From positions 4,548,351 through 4,612,350 of the forward strand of contig NZ_CP015118.1 of NCBI RefSeq assembly GCF_002116905.1: a DNA stretch of 64,000 nt, given 5' to 3'. A program made the translations under genes and the position numbers. The notes under the pieces are model-generated. The model did not search any database. It was not told where the DNA came from and worked only from the letters and a program-made list of their open reading frames with translations. This document shows positions 47,701 through 57,043 of the stretch, piece after piece. How positions within the stretch are numbered: position 1 is the stretch's first letter; the number at the start of each line of letters is the position of its first letter. This DNA is from Piscinibacter gummiphilus (GTDB lineage Bacteria; Pseudomonadota; Gammaproteobacteria; Burkholderiales; Burkholderiaceae_C).

Positions 47701-49145
47701 CCGGGACGCCGCTCCATCGTCACACGCACCCGCACGATGTCCGCATCGTCTCGCTGCAGCACCTCGAACACGACGCCATGCCACACGAGCTGGTCGGCCC
47801 CGGCGATCAGCGCCTCGCCGAGCCACTCGGACAGCGAGGCCGCCGGCTGCGCGGGCAGCGGCACCTGGAAGAAGTGGCACACGTCGGCGAGCGGCAGCGA
47901 GCCGTCGAGCACGAGGTGGCCCTGCAGCTTCACCGGGTCCGCGGCGGCAGCGTTCGGTTCGACCACCACGCGGAGCCAGCGGGCCACGGCCGACAGAAAA
48001 GTGCCCTGCAGCATCAGCGACAGCAGCACCACCGCGAAGGCGACGTTGAAGAAGCGGTAGCTGCCGCTGACCTGCGCCATCAGCGGGAACAGTGCGAGCA
48101 CGATCGGCACGGCGCCGCGCAGGCCCACCCAGCCGACAAAGAGGATCTCGCGCGCCGAGAAGCGCATGGGGGCGAGGCACAACGCCACCGCGACCGGGCG
48201 CGCGACGAAGATCAGCGTCGCGGCCACCGCGAGCGTGCGGCCGGCGTCCTCCACCATCTGGTGCGGCGACACGAGCAGCCCCAGCAGCAGGAACAGCCCG
48301 GCCTGCGCGGCCCACGCGTACCCGTCGAGCGCGACCGCCGCGCCGCGCGAGGCCTCGTCCGCGAGCGCCCTCACCCGCACGCCGAACAGGTAGACGGCGA
48401 GGAAGCCCGAGCCCTCGACGAGGCCCGCCGACGCGAACACCACGAAGCCGGCCGACAGCAGGATCAGCGCCATCAGCCCGCCCTGGTTCGGCGCGCGCGC
48501 ATGCATCGCGCGCAGCAGCCAGGCCATCGCCCAGCCGGCCGAGAGGCCGACGAGCGTGCCGAAGCCGGCCTGGCGCGCGAGCAGCCACAGCGCCTCGGCC
48601 CAGCCCGCGTCCGCGCGGATCGTGTCGATCAGCGCGAGGGTCAGGAACACCGCCATCGGGTCGTTCAGGCCGGACTCGACCTCGAGCGTGGACGACACCC
48701 GCGCATCGAGCTGCACACCCGCGTGGCGCAGCACGGAGAACACCGCCGCCGCATCGGTGGACGACACGATGGCGCCCAGCAGCAGGCCGTAGCGCCAGTC
48801 GACGTCCATCGCCGCCATCGCGACCGCGCCGACGATGGCCGCGGTCACCGCGACCCCGGCCGTGGCGAGGCCGAACGCGGGCTTCAGGCCGGCACGGAAC
48901 GTCGCCATGCGGGTGCTCAGGCCCCCTTCGAGCAGGATGATCGCGAGCGCCGCGTTGCCGACCCACGCGGTGAGCTGCGTGTCGTAGAAGCGCACGCCGC
49001 CGGGCCCGTCCACCCCGACCAGCATGCCGGCCACGAGGAACACGAGCAGGAACGACAACCCGAGCCGGGCGGACATCACGCCCGCGACCAGGCTCATCAG
49101 CGTGAGCAGGCCGGCGGCGAGCAGGATCAGGTACAGCGTGTGCAT
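47697..49145 (-). CDS. K+/H+ antiporter (CPA1, NhaP2-type) with C-terminal regulatory domain
   Basis: Twelve or more TM helices, a Na/H-exchanger core (LGAIVSSTDAAAV ... ESGLNDPMAV) and a C-terminal soluble domain; 482 aa. Confidence 0.8.
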   Translation of the reverse strand: MHTLYLILLAAGLLTLMSLVAGVMSARLGLSFLLVFLVAGMLVGVDGPGGVRFYDTQLTAWVGNAALAIILLEGGLSTRMATFRAGLKPAFGLATAGVAVTAAIVGAVAMAAMDVDWRYGLLLGAIVSSTDAAAVFSVLRHAGVQLDARVSSTLEVESGLNDPMAVFLTLALIDTIRADAGWAEALWLLARQAGFGTLVGLSAGWAMAWLLRAMHARAPNQGGLMALILLSAGFVVFASAGLVEGSGFLAVYLFGVRVRALADEASRGAAVALDGYAWAAQAGLFLLLGLLVSPHQMVEDAGRTLAVAATLIFVARPVAVALCLAPMRFSAREILFVGWVGLRGAVPIVLALFPLMAQVSGSYRFFNVAFAVVLLSLMLQGTFLSAVARWLRVVVEPNAAAADPVKLQGHLVLDGSLPLADVCHFFQVPLPAQPAASLSEWLGEALIAGADQLVWHGVVFEVLQRDDADIVRVRVTMERRPG

Positions 49146-49178
49146 CGGACCCGGATCATCGCAGACCCGGCCCGTGCG

Positions 49179-49928
49179 TCACCGCCGCCGCCGGCACCAG
49201 AAGACGAGCCCCGCGCCCAGTGCAGCCAGCAGGCCCATCCCGGGCTCGGACACCGGCGCGGCGATCGGGGGTGGCGCCGGCACGACCGGGACCGACGGCT
49301 CGACCGGGACGGCACCGCCCACCCAGCCCCCACCGCCTCCCGGCGGCCACGGCGACCACGGCTCGCCCCGCCCGCCGCCCTCGTCGATGTCAGGACCGGC
49401 ACCGCCGTCGCCCGGGCCCGGCGACGGCATCCCGGGCCACGCGGAGATGCCCTCACCCGGTTCCGCCATCGGGCCCGCGCCCGGCGGATCGAACTCGAGC
49501 TCCGCCACGGGTGGCGGTGGCGCGGGCCGCCGCACGATGCGGCTGACGTTGCGGCACACCGTGGGAACGAGGATGCAATGTCCGTCCTCGCAGTAGACGA
49601 GCCCGTGCTCGCGGTGCTCCGACCGCCAGCCGTCGCGCGTGGTGGTCACGCACCGCAGGCCTTTCGACCCGAAGTGCATGCCGGTGATCTGCGGCTCGTA
49701 GTCCTGCGTGCCCGCGATGGTGCCGCGGGTGATCTCGACGAAGTCGTCGTACGCATGGCGCGCCATGCGGTCCTTCAGCCGGGCGCGCACCGGCTTCGGG
49801 ATGTCGTCGTAGACGTCGATGGCGGCGGGGACTTCGCCGAGGTAGGGGTCTCGCCCGGGATCGTCCCAGGCACACGCATTGGGGAGGGCCGCGGCGGTGG
49901 CGGCCAGCAGGGTTGTCAACAAGGGCAT
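49179..49928 (-). CDS. MHFG-family PEP-CTERM protein
   Basis: Signal peptide MPLLTTLLAATAAALPNACA; internal GMHFGSKGLRC motif; C-terminus PVSEPGMGLLAALGAGLVFWCRRRR matches a PEP-CTERM sorting signal (SEP variant, TM helix, basic cluster). Confidence 0.7.
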   Translation of the reverse strand: MPLLTTLLAATAAALPNACAWDDPGRDPYLGEVPAAIDVYDDIPKPVRARLKDRMARHAYDDFVEITRGTIAGTQDYEPQITGMHFGSKGLRCVTTTRDGWRSEHREHGLVYCEDGHCILVPTVCRNVSRIVRRPAPPPPVAELEFDPPGAGPMAEPGEGISAWPGMPSPGPGDGGAGPDIDEGGGRGEPWSPWPPGGGGGWVGGAVPVEPSVPVVPAPPPIAAPVSEPGMGLLAALGAGLVFWCRRRR

Positions 49929-49980
49929 CGGCGCAACTTCTCCGAAACTCGACATCCCCTTTTGGCAATCCGGATGCCCG

Positions 49981-50769
49981 CTACGGTCCTCGTTCCACCT
50001 GCCGGTACACCGCCTCCGACACCCGGGCGAGCTCCTCCTTCCCGGCCTCGGCCGAGATCGCGTAGCCGAACGGCCCTTCCACCCAGTAGAAGACGTTGAC
50101 GTCCCCCTGGCGCCCGAAGCGGAACGCGGTGGATTCGCCCCCGGTCTCCCGGGTGACGTACAGCGTGAGCCGCGCGCCGGGGCCCTGCGCCTCGTCGCGG
50201 CGGTACATGAACTGGGCCACCGGCCCCTGCCCGCCCGGCAGCAGCCGCCCGCCCTCGAGCGTGTAGCCGAGCGACTGCAGGTGCGGCGCCTTCATCGGCG
50301 CGTTCATGCGCTTGGACAGCCACGTGACCAGCTGGTCCTCGTGGGCCGCGTCCACCTCGACGGGCCGGCGCTGCTCGGGCACGAACACCGCGTGGGCGAC
50401 CGCGGCCCGTTCGGCGAAGGCCGGCAAGGTGGTGGCGACCACCGGCGCGGGCGACCACTGCGCCCGCAGCCCCCACCCGACGGAACCGCCCAGCAGCAGG
50501 AGCGTGACGCCGGCGGCCACGCGCCAGGCCGTGGCCGAACGCACGGGGCGCGCGGCCGACACGAGGCGGCGCGGCACGGCTTCGTCGAGCACGGGGTCGA
50601 ACAGGGCACGGAGCCCGCGCGCCTGGTCGGTCCAGGCGGCCACGCGGCGTGCGGCCTCGGGGTTCGCGGCGAGGTGCGCCTCGACCTCGCGGTGGCGCTC
50701 CGCCATCAATTGACCATCGACGAACGCATGCAGGTCGGCGTCCGTGACCGGTCGGGAGTCGTTCGTCAT
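49981..50769 (-). CDS. anti-sigma factor (zinc-finger type) with TM segment and periplasmic domain
   Basis: N-terminal LHAFVDGQLMAERHREVEAHL (HxxxCxxC-like anti-sigma helix pattern), a single TM (WRVAAGVTLLLLGGSVGWGL), and a stop overlapping the sigma-factor gene. Confidence 0.7.
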   Translation of the reverse strand: MTNDSRPVTDADLHAFVDGQLMAERHREVEAHLAANPEAARRVAAWTDQARGLRALFDPVLDEAVPRRLVSAARPVRSATAWRVAAGVTLLLLGGSVGWGLRAQWSPAPVVATTLPAFAERAAVAHAVFVPEQRRPVEVDAAHEDQLVTWLSKRMNAPMKAPHLQSLGYTLEGGRLLPGGQGPVAQFMYRRDEAQGPGARLTLYVTRETGGESTAFRFGRQGDVNVFYWVEGPFGYAISAEAGKEELARVSEAVYRQVERGP

Positions 50770-51281
50770 TTCACCACCTTCAGGTGCGCCGGGCCCGGCC
50801 GCCCGTCCTGCATCAGCGCGCGCAGGCGCTCGCGGCCGCGCGACAGGCGCGACATCACGGTGCCCACGGGAATGCCGAGCGCCTCGGCGACCTCGGCATA
50901 CGCCATGTCCTCGAGGGCCACGAGCAGCAGCACCTCCTTCTGTTCCAGCGGCAGGCGATCGAGCGCGGCCTGCAGGTCCAGCACGGCCAGCCGTTCGCCC
51001 TGAGCGGGCGGAACGGCCAGGTCGGCGTCAGCCTCGCCGTCGCCCAGGGCGACGGTGGGCACGCGCGGGCGCCGCACGCCGTCGACGTGCAGGTTGTGCA
51101 TGATCCCGAAGAGCCAGGCCCGCATGTCGGCCACGCCGCGCCACAGCGCGGCGCGCGACCAGGCGCGCTCCAGGGTGTCCTGCACCAGGTCGTCGGCGTC
51201 CTCGCGGTTGCCCGCGAGCGCGCGGGCATACCGCCGCAGCCGCGGCACCCAGTCGAGCAATTGCCGGTCTTCGGGGTTCAT
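50766..51281 (-). CDS. RNA polymerase sigma-70 factor, ECF subfamily
   Basis: Region 2 (DADDLVQDTLERAW) and region 4 (EVLLLVALEDMAYAEVAEALGIPVGTVMSRLSRGRERL). Confidence 0.85.
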   Translation of the reverse strand: MNPEDRQLLDWVPRLRRYARALAGNREDADDLVQDTLERAWSRAALWRGVADMRAWLFGIMHNLHVDGVRRPRVPTVALGDGEADADLAVPPAQGERLAVLDLQAALDRLPLEQKEVLLLVALEDMAYAEVAEALGIPVGTVMSRLSRGRERLRALMQDGRPGPAHLKVVK

Positions 51282-51652
51282 TCCTTGATGATGTGCCACA
51301 CGTCCTTGAAGTTGTCACCCGTGCGGTCGCCGGCCTTCTTGTCGGCCTGGTACGTGTAGACGGGCTTGCCCTTGAAGGACCATTGGCGCGAGCCGTCGTC
51401 GCGCGTGACGACGCCGAAGTCGCCCATGGGCTGGTCGGCGGCACCGGCCATCGCGGGCGGCCACAGCGTGGCGCAGGGGCCGTTGCAGGCGCTCTTGCCA
51501 CTGCCGGCGGTGTCCTTGTCGAAGGTGTAGAGCGTCATGCCCTTGGCGTCGACGAGCGCGCCACCCGCGAACTTCGCGGGGGCGTCGGCAGCCATCGCGG
51601 CGGCGGACAGCGTGAGGAGGGCCAGGGTGGTCGTCAGGAATCGGGTCGTCAT
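51278..51652 (-). CDS. secreted protein with duplicated Yx(F/Y)xxD motif (COG4315-like)
   Basis: Signal peptide MTTRFLTTTLALLTLSAAAMA; repeats MTLYTFDKD and PVYTYQADK; sits in the conserved ECF-sigma triad position. Confidence 0.7.
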   Translation of the reverse strand: MTTRFLTTTLALLTLSAAAMAADAPAKFAGGALVDAKGMTLYTFDKDTAGSGKSACNGPCATLWPPAMAGAADQPMGDFGVVTRDDGSRQWSFKGKPVYTYQADKKAGDRTGDNFKDVWHIIKE

Positions 51653-51736
51653 CGTCAGCTCCGGTGGGGGGTGGATACCGGAGCAGACGGACGGGCGGCC
51701 CGGCTTATTCCCGTGGCTGCGAACTTTTTTCGAGGG

Positions 51737-53323
51737 TCAGTCCGGCAGCACGAAGGAGAAGCGGGCGCCCTCGCCCTTCGCGGCCTTCACCCAGACCTCG
51801 CCCCCGTGCTTCTGCATGACCCGCCGCACGATCGCGAGGCCCACGCCGGTGCCGGGGAAGTCGCTCTCGCGGTGCAGGCGGCGGAACGGTTCGAAGAGCT
51901 GGTTCGCGTACTTCATGTCGAAGCCCGCGCCGTTGTCGCTCACCGTGAAGACCTGGCGGCCGTCGTCGGCGATCTCGCCCTGGAAGCTCACGCGCGCGTC
52001 CGCGCACTTCCCCGTGAACTTCCACGCGTTGGACAACAGGTTCTCGAGCGCGATGCGCAGCAGGCCGGCGTCGGCGATGGCCGTGAGCGTGGGGTCGATG
52101 TCGACCTCCACACGCCGGTCGGGCTGCGCGGCCTGCAGGTTCGCGACGATGTCGCTCGCCATCTTGCCGATCTGCACGGGCCGCGGCCGCAGGTCGGCAC
52201 GGGACACCTTCGACAGCGACAGCATGTCCTCGATCAGCGTGTCCATGCGGCGCGCGGCACGATGGATGTTCTCGGCGAAGCCCCGGGCCGTGTCGGCGAG
52301 CGGCGGAGAGGTCTCGCCGAGCAGCAGGTCGCTGTAGCCCGTCACCGCGCGAAGGGGCGCCCGCAGGTCGTGGGACACCGAGTAGCTGAACGCCTCCAGC
52401 TCCTTGTTCACCGCCTCGAGCTCGGCGGTACGCTCCTGCACCCGTGCCTCCAGGCCCGTGATCAGCGCGACGTTCTCGAACGCGAGCGACGTGGAATCGG
52501 CCAGCGCCTGGATCAGCGCGACTTCGTCGGCGGTGGCGGCATGCGGTTCGGCCCAGTAGTTGCCGATGGCGCCGACCGGCGCCTCGGCGCGGATGGGCAC
52601 CATCACGAGGCTCTTGACGAAGGTGGGGCGGTAGGCGTCGTGGGGGATGCGCGCGTCGGCGTAGATGTCGGGGATCACCGCCGGTTCGCCGTGCAGCATG
52701 GCCCAGCCGCTGATGCAGGCCGACATCGGGAACCGCAGGCCCTTCCACATCGGGGCGATGGCGTCCTCGTCGGCGTAGTGGCACATCTCGCCGTCGCGCA
52801 GCACGAACGTGGCGCCGTCGGACCGCATCATGCGACGCGACGCGCGCCGCACGATGCGCATGATGTCGTCCACGGTGCGGGCGAGCGACAGGTCGCGCAC
52901 CGCATCCACCAGCACGGCACGCGCTTCCGTGAGCGTGGCGAGGCGCTGGCTCTCGCGGGCCTCGTTGAGCCGCCGCAGCGCGCTCGGCAGCCGCCACAGC
53001 TGGTTCTTCGGCACGTAGTCGGTGGCGCCCGCCTCGATGCAGTGTTCGGCCCAGTGCGGATCGGTGTTGCCGCTGACGAAGATGAACGGCACGTCGGGCC
53101 GCTGGGCGCGCGCGACCTGCATGGCCTGCAGGCCGTCGATGCCCTCCACGCGGTTGTCGGAGACGATCGCGTCGAAGTCGCCGCGAGCCATGGCGTCGTG
53201 GAATTCATCGGCCGAAGAGGCGCCGATCCAGGTGGGCTCGACCCCGAGCCGCGCGACTTCACGGCGGACCAGATCGGCATCGAAGGCATCGTCCTCCAGG
53301 TGGAGGATCTGCAGCTTGTTCAT
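51737..53323 (-). CDS. hybrid sensor histidine kinase (REC-GAF-HisKA-HATPase)
   Basis: N-terminal receiver (LHLEDD ... DAIVSDNRV ... FVSG ... VPK), GAF-like middle, H-box SYSVSHDLRAPL, N/G boxes LENLLSNAWKF ... DNGAGF ... GTGVGLAIV. The track start is an upstream GTG; MNKLQ is chosen here. Confidence 0.8.
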   Translation of the reverse strand: MNKLQILHLEDDAFDADLVRREVARLGVEPTWIGASSADEFHDAMARGDFDAIVSDNRVEGIDGLQAMQVARAQRPDVPFIFVSGNTDPHWAEHCIEAGATDYVPKNQLWRLPSALRRLNEARESQRLATLTEARAVLVDAVRDLSLARTVDDIMRIVRRASRRMMRSDGATFVLRDGEMCHYADEDAIAPMWKGLRFPMSACISGWAMLHGEPAVIPDIYADARIPHDAYRPTFVKSLVMVPIRAEAPVGAIGNYWAEPHAATADEVALIQALADSTSLAFENVALITGLEARVQERTAELEAVNKELEAFSYSVSHDLRAPLRAVTGYSDLLLGETSPPLADTARGFAENIHRAARRMDTLIEDMLSLSKVSRADLRPRPVQIGKMASDIVANLQAAQPDRRVEVDIDPTLTAIADAGLLRIALENLLSNAWKFTGKCADARVSFQGEIADDGRQVFTVSDNGAGFDMKYANQLFEPFRRLHRESDFPGTGVGLAIVRRVMQKHGGEVWVKAAKGEGARFSFVLPD

Positions 53324-53504
53324 GTTCGCACTCCCGTGGCGACGAGCGCGGGATTTGCGTGTGCTCTGCACGGCATGACGGCCCGCGTCGAAACCATCTT
53401 AGGCCGACACCCCTCGCCCCTGCATGACAGAGCCCGCCTTGACCGTGGAACCTTGCCGGTTTTCAACGAAGCGAACGTTCGTTCGATGCGCGCCTTGCAT
53501 ACAC

Positions 53505-54311
53505 TCACGCCCCCACGATCCAGCCTTCGAGCGGATCCATGTCCGCCGGCAGCCCGTGGTTCGGCTGCCCGGCGCTCCACGCGGCGAACACGAGGCACAG
53601 CACCGCATCCAGGCGGTCGCCCGACGCATCGGCCACGAGTCCGTCGCGCATCGCGTGGCTCATTCGCACGCGCACGCCCAGCCGGGTGCGCCCCTGCTCC
53701 AGCGCCTCGACCAGGTCCTTGCGGGCGATCAGGCGCTCGGGGGTCTGCTTCGCGCGTTCGTCGCTCTTGTACGAGCGGGTGCCGATCAGCTCCCGGGCCA
53801 GCAGGCCGGGGTACGCTTCCAGCGCGACACGCTGCGGGTCGCCCGGGTGCAGGCCCGGCAGGTGCACACCCGCGGCCCGCAACAGCGGCACGCCGGCGTG
53901 CATCATCAGCGCGACCGGCGGGTTGACCCACTTCATCGACGGCGACGAACCCGCCGGGCCATCCGTCGCGCGGTGCGCGAACTTGGAACCCGCGGGGCGG
54001 GCATCGCAGAAGGCGGCGAAGGTCTCGCGCACCTCCTCCCGGGTGAGGCCCGTGAACCGGTCCATCGACGAGGCCCAGGTGTCGGGCCAGCCGAGGGTCT
54101 CGACCAGTTCCCGCGGCAGCCCGAACGGGAAGTCGAAGCCGCCGACCCACGGGCCGGGCTGGGCCAGCGTGCCGGCGAGCCCGTCGAAGTCCTCGTGGGC
54201 GTCGAGCCGCTCCAGCTTCACCACGCCGGACGCCGCACGGCCCGAGGCCACGGTGATGGGCTTGCGCCGGGTGGGCCGGCTCGTGAAGTCGACGCCGAGG
54301 AACAGGGTCAT
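53505..54311 (-). CDS. DUF429 domain protein
   Basis: MTLFLGVDFTS start (a DUF429 hallmark), RNase H-like composition; 268 aa. Overlaps the gor stop (ATGA). The upper part of track ORF 53505..55127 is junk. Confidence 0.55.
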   Translation of the reverse strand: MTLFLGVDFTSRPTRRKPITVASGRAASGVVKLERLDAHEDFDGLAGTLAQPGPWVGGFDFPFGLPRELVETLGWPDTWASSMDRFTGLTREEVRETFAAFCDARPAGSKFAHRATDGPAGSSPSMKWVNPPVALMMHAGVPLLRAAGVHLPGLHPGDPQRVALEAYPGLLARELIGTRSYKSDERAKQTPERLIARKDLVEALEQGRTRLGVRVRMSHAMRDGLVADASGDRLDAVLCLVFAAWSAGQPNHGLPADMDPLEGWIVGA

Positions 54312-55684
54312 CGCACCGGCTCGCGCATCGTCACGAACTCTTCCGCGACGGTGGGATGGATGCCGATGGTGCGGTCGATCTGCGCCTTGGTCAGCCCGGC
54401 CTGCACCGCCACGGCGAAGCCCTGGATCACCTCGCCCGCGTCGGCGCCCACCATGTGCATGCCCAGCACACGGTCGGTGGCGGCGTCCACGACGATCTTC
54501 ATCAGCGTGCGTTCGGTGCTGTCGCTCAGCGTGTGGCGCAGCGCCTTGAACTCGGCGCGGAAGATGCGCACCTCGCCCACGGTCTTGCGCGCGTGTTCCT
54601 CGCTCATGCCCACCGTGCCGATGTTCGGGTGCGTGAACACCGCGGTGGCGACGGCGCCGTAGTCGATGGGCGGGCGCTTGCCGTCGCCGAACAGGTGATC
54701 GACGACGGCCATGCCCTCGGCCAGTGCCACCGGCGTGAGCGCCTTGTGGCCCACGAGGTCGCCGATCGCGAACACCGAGGCCACCTTCGTGCGGAAGCGT
54801 TCGTCGACCGGCACGGTGCCGTCGGCATGGGGCGTGATGCCGAGCGCCTCCAGGCCCAGGCCGCCGGTGAAGGCGCGGCGGCCCGTGGCGTGCAGCACCG
54901 CGTCGACCTCCACGGTGGACCCGTCGCTCAGGCGCACCACCTGCGCGGCTCCGGCCTTCTGCACGTCGGCGATGGTGCAGTCGAGACGCACCGTGAGGCC
55001 CTTCTTCTGCATCTCGGCGGACGCGAAGGCCGACACTTCCTCGTCGAAGCCGCGCAGCAGGCGCGGCCCGCGGTGCACGAGCGTGACCTGGCTGCCCAGG
55101 CCCTGGAAGATGGACGCGAACTCGCACGCGATGTAGCCGCCGCCCACCACCAGCAGCCGGCGCGGGAACGGGTCGAGGTCGAACATCGCATCCGAGGTCA
55201 GCGCGTGTTCGGCCCCCGGGCCGGACGGTGCCTGCGGCCGGCCGCCGGTGGCGAGCAGGATGTGGCGCGCCGTGAAGCGCTGGCGGCTGCCGTCGGCACC
55301 GGCCACGTCGACCGTGTGGCCGTCGACGAGCGACGCCCAGCCGCGCACGAGCTGCACGCCCGCGTTGCGCAGCAGCCCGTCGTAGATGCCGTTGAGCCGC
55401 GCGATCTCGGTGGCCCGGCGCGACTTCAGCCGGTCCCAGTCGAAGGCCGGCTCGCCGAACGACCAGCCGAAACCCTTCGATTCCTCGAACAGCTCGCCGT
55501 AGTGCGCCGCATGGCTGTAGAGCTTCTTCGGGATGCAGCCGAGGTTCACGCAGGTGCCACCGAGCGCGCCGCCCTCGGCGACGATCACGCGTGCGCCGCG
55601 TGCCGCGGCCATGCGGCCCGCGCGCACGCCGCCGCTGCCGGCACCGACCACGAAAAGGTCACAGTCGAACGAATCCATCGCCAT
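54308..55684 (-). CDS. gor: glutathione-disulfide reductase
   Basis: FVVGAGSGG (FAD), GGTCVNLGCIPKK (redox-active disulfide), LVVGGGYIACEFA (NADPH), C-terminal HPT..E dimer-interface His. Confidence 0.9.
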   Translation of the reverse strand: MAMDSFDCDLFVVGAGSGGVRAGRMAAARGARVIVAEGGALGGTCVNLGCIPKKLYSHAAHYGELFEESKGFGWSFGEPAFDWDRLKSRRATEIARLNGIYDGLLRNAGVQLVRGWASLVDGHTVDVAGADGSRQRFTARHILLATGGRPQAPSGPGAEHALTSDAMFDLDPFPRRLLVVGGGYIACEFASIFQGLGSQVTLVHRGPRLLRGFDEEVSAFASAEMQKKGLTVRLDCTIADVQKAGAAQVVRLSDGSTVEVDAVLHATGRRAFTGGLGLEALGITPHADGTVPVDERFRTKVASVFAIGDLVGHKALTPVALAEGMAVVDHLFGDGKRPPIDYGAVATAVFTHPNIGTVGMSEEHARKTVGEVRIFRAEFKALRHTLSDSTERTLMKIVVDAATDRVLGMHMVGADAGEVIQGFAVAVQAGLTKAQIDRTIGIHPTVAEEFVTMREPVR

Positions 55685-55768
55685 CGTCTTTCGTCATCGA
55701 GGCCGCCACGCGGCGGCACGGCGGGATGATGCCTCAGTGCCCGCCGGGGCGTGGCCGCAGGGGCTTCG

Positions 55769-57043
55769 TCAGTACCGGCCCGTGGCGCCCGCCACCTTCA
55801 GGTACAGGCGTGCGCACCACGCGACCCAGCGGCGGCGCAGCATGCCCTGCACGCCGGTGGGGTACGCGCGTTTCGACGGGTCGATGGCGCTCGACGCGGC
55901 CACGGCGCGGTCGAAGGCCTCGGCGAGCGACCGGGTGAACGCCGCGTCGCGCACCACCACGTTGGCCTCCAGGTTCAGCAGCAGCGACAGCGGGTCGATG
56001 TTGGAGCTGCCCACGGTGGCCCATTCGTTGTCGACGAGCGCCACCTTCGCGTGCAGGAAGGCCGGTGTGTATTCGTAGATATGGACCCCCTCGGCGAGCA
56101 TCTCGTCGTACAGCGCGCGCGCGGCCAGCGCCGCGATGCGGTAGTCCACCTTGCCCTGCAGCAGCAGCCGCACGTGCACGCCGCGGCGCGCGGCCTGGCG
56201 CAACACGCGGCGGAAGGCGCGGCCCGGGTAGAAGTACGGAGAGACGATGTCCACGCGTTCACGCGCCTTGCGGATCGCGTCGATGTAGCTGCGTTCGATG
56301 GCACGGCGGCGGCGCAGGTTGTCGCGCAGCACGAAGGCCGCGCGCACCGGCGGCAGGCCGGCCACGTCGGGCCCCGTGCCGGGCGGCGCCATGCGCAGGC
56401 GCTTCATCAGGCGGCGGGCCCGGGCCACCGGCTCCGCGCCGCGGGCGAGGGTCGCCAGCTCGCGGCCGAAGTGACTGCCGAGCACCGCGCGGTGGTACAG
56501 CGCCCGCACGGCCTGCTCGATCGGGGCGACGATGGGGCCCTTCATGCGCACCGCGAAGTCGAGGCGCGGCGCTTCGCTCCAGCCGTGCACCTGGTCGTAG
56601 CGGTCGTCGAGGAGGTTCACGCCGCCGACGAACGCGACGTTGCCGTCGACCACGCACAGCTTCTGGTGCAGGCGGCGCAGCTGGCCGGGCTGGAACCAGC
56701 TCCACCAGCGGTCGAGTGGACGGAACACCGCGATGTGGACGCCGGCCGTGGCCAGCGCCTCACGCAGCACGGGCATGTCGACACGGCAACCGAAACCGTC
56801 GAGCAGCACGCGCACACTGACCCCTCGCCGCGCGGCATCGGCCAGCGCGCGCGTGACCTCCTTCACCAGGCCCTCGTCGGTGTAGATGTAGGTGGCGAGC
56901 CAGATCTCCCGGCGCGCCGATGCGATGGCCTGCACCATCGCCGGGAAGAGTTCGTCGCCGCCCTGCAGCAGCCGGGCCTCGTTGCCGCCACTGTACTGGG
57001 CGCGGACGGCAGCGCGGGTGAGGGCCGTGTCGGCGGACCTCAT
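55769..57043 (-). CDS. clsB: cardiolipin synthase B (two-HKD PLD superfamily)
   Basis: Two HKD motifs, HQKLCVVDGNVAFVGGVN and LHAKVALVDNEWATVGSSNID; 424 aa. It is the 3-prime third of track ORF 55769..59596. Confidence 0.8.
   Translation of the reverse strand: MRSADTALTRAAVRAQYSGGNEARLLQGGDELFPAMVQAIASARREIWLATYIYTDEGLVKEVTRALADAARRGVSVRVLLDGFGCRVDMPVLREALATAGVHIAVFRPLDRWWSWFQPGQLRRLHQKLCVVDGNVAFVGGVNLLDDRYDQVHGWSEAPRLDFAVRMKGPIVAPIEQAVRALYHRAVLGSHFGRELATLARGAEPVARARRLMKRLRMAPPGTGPDVAGLPPVRAAFVLRDNLRRRRAIERSYIDAIRKARERVDIVSPYFYPGRAFRRVLRQAARRGVHVRLLLQGKVDYRIAALAARALYDEMLAEGVHIYEYTPAFLHAKVALVDNEWATVGSSNIDPLSLLLNLEANVVVRDAAFTRSLAEAFDRAVAASSAIDPSKRAYPTGVQGMLRRRWVAWCARLYLKVAGATGRY

Noticed and set aside
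51705-52997. 430-aa minus-strand ORF overlapping the histidine kinase in another frame, and plus-strand ORF 51293..53926
   Set aside because: The H-box, N-box and G-box motifs occur only in frame 51737-53323.
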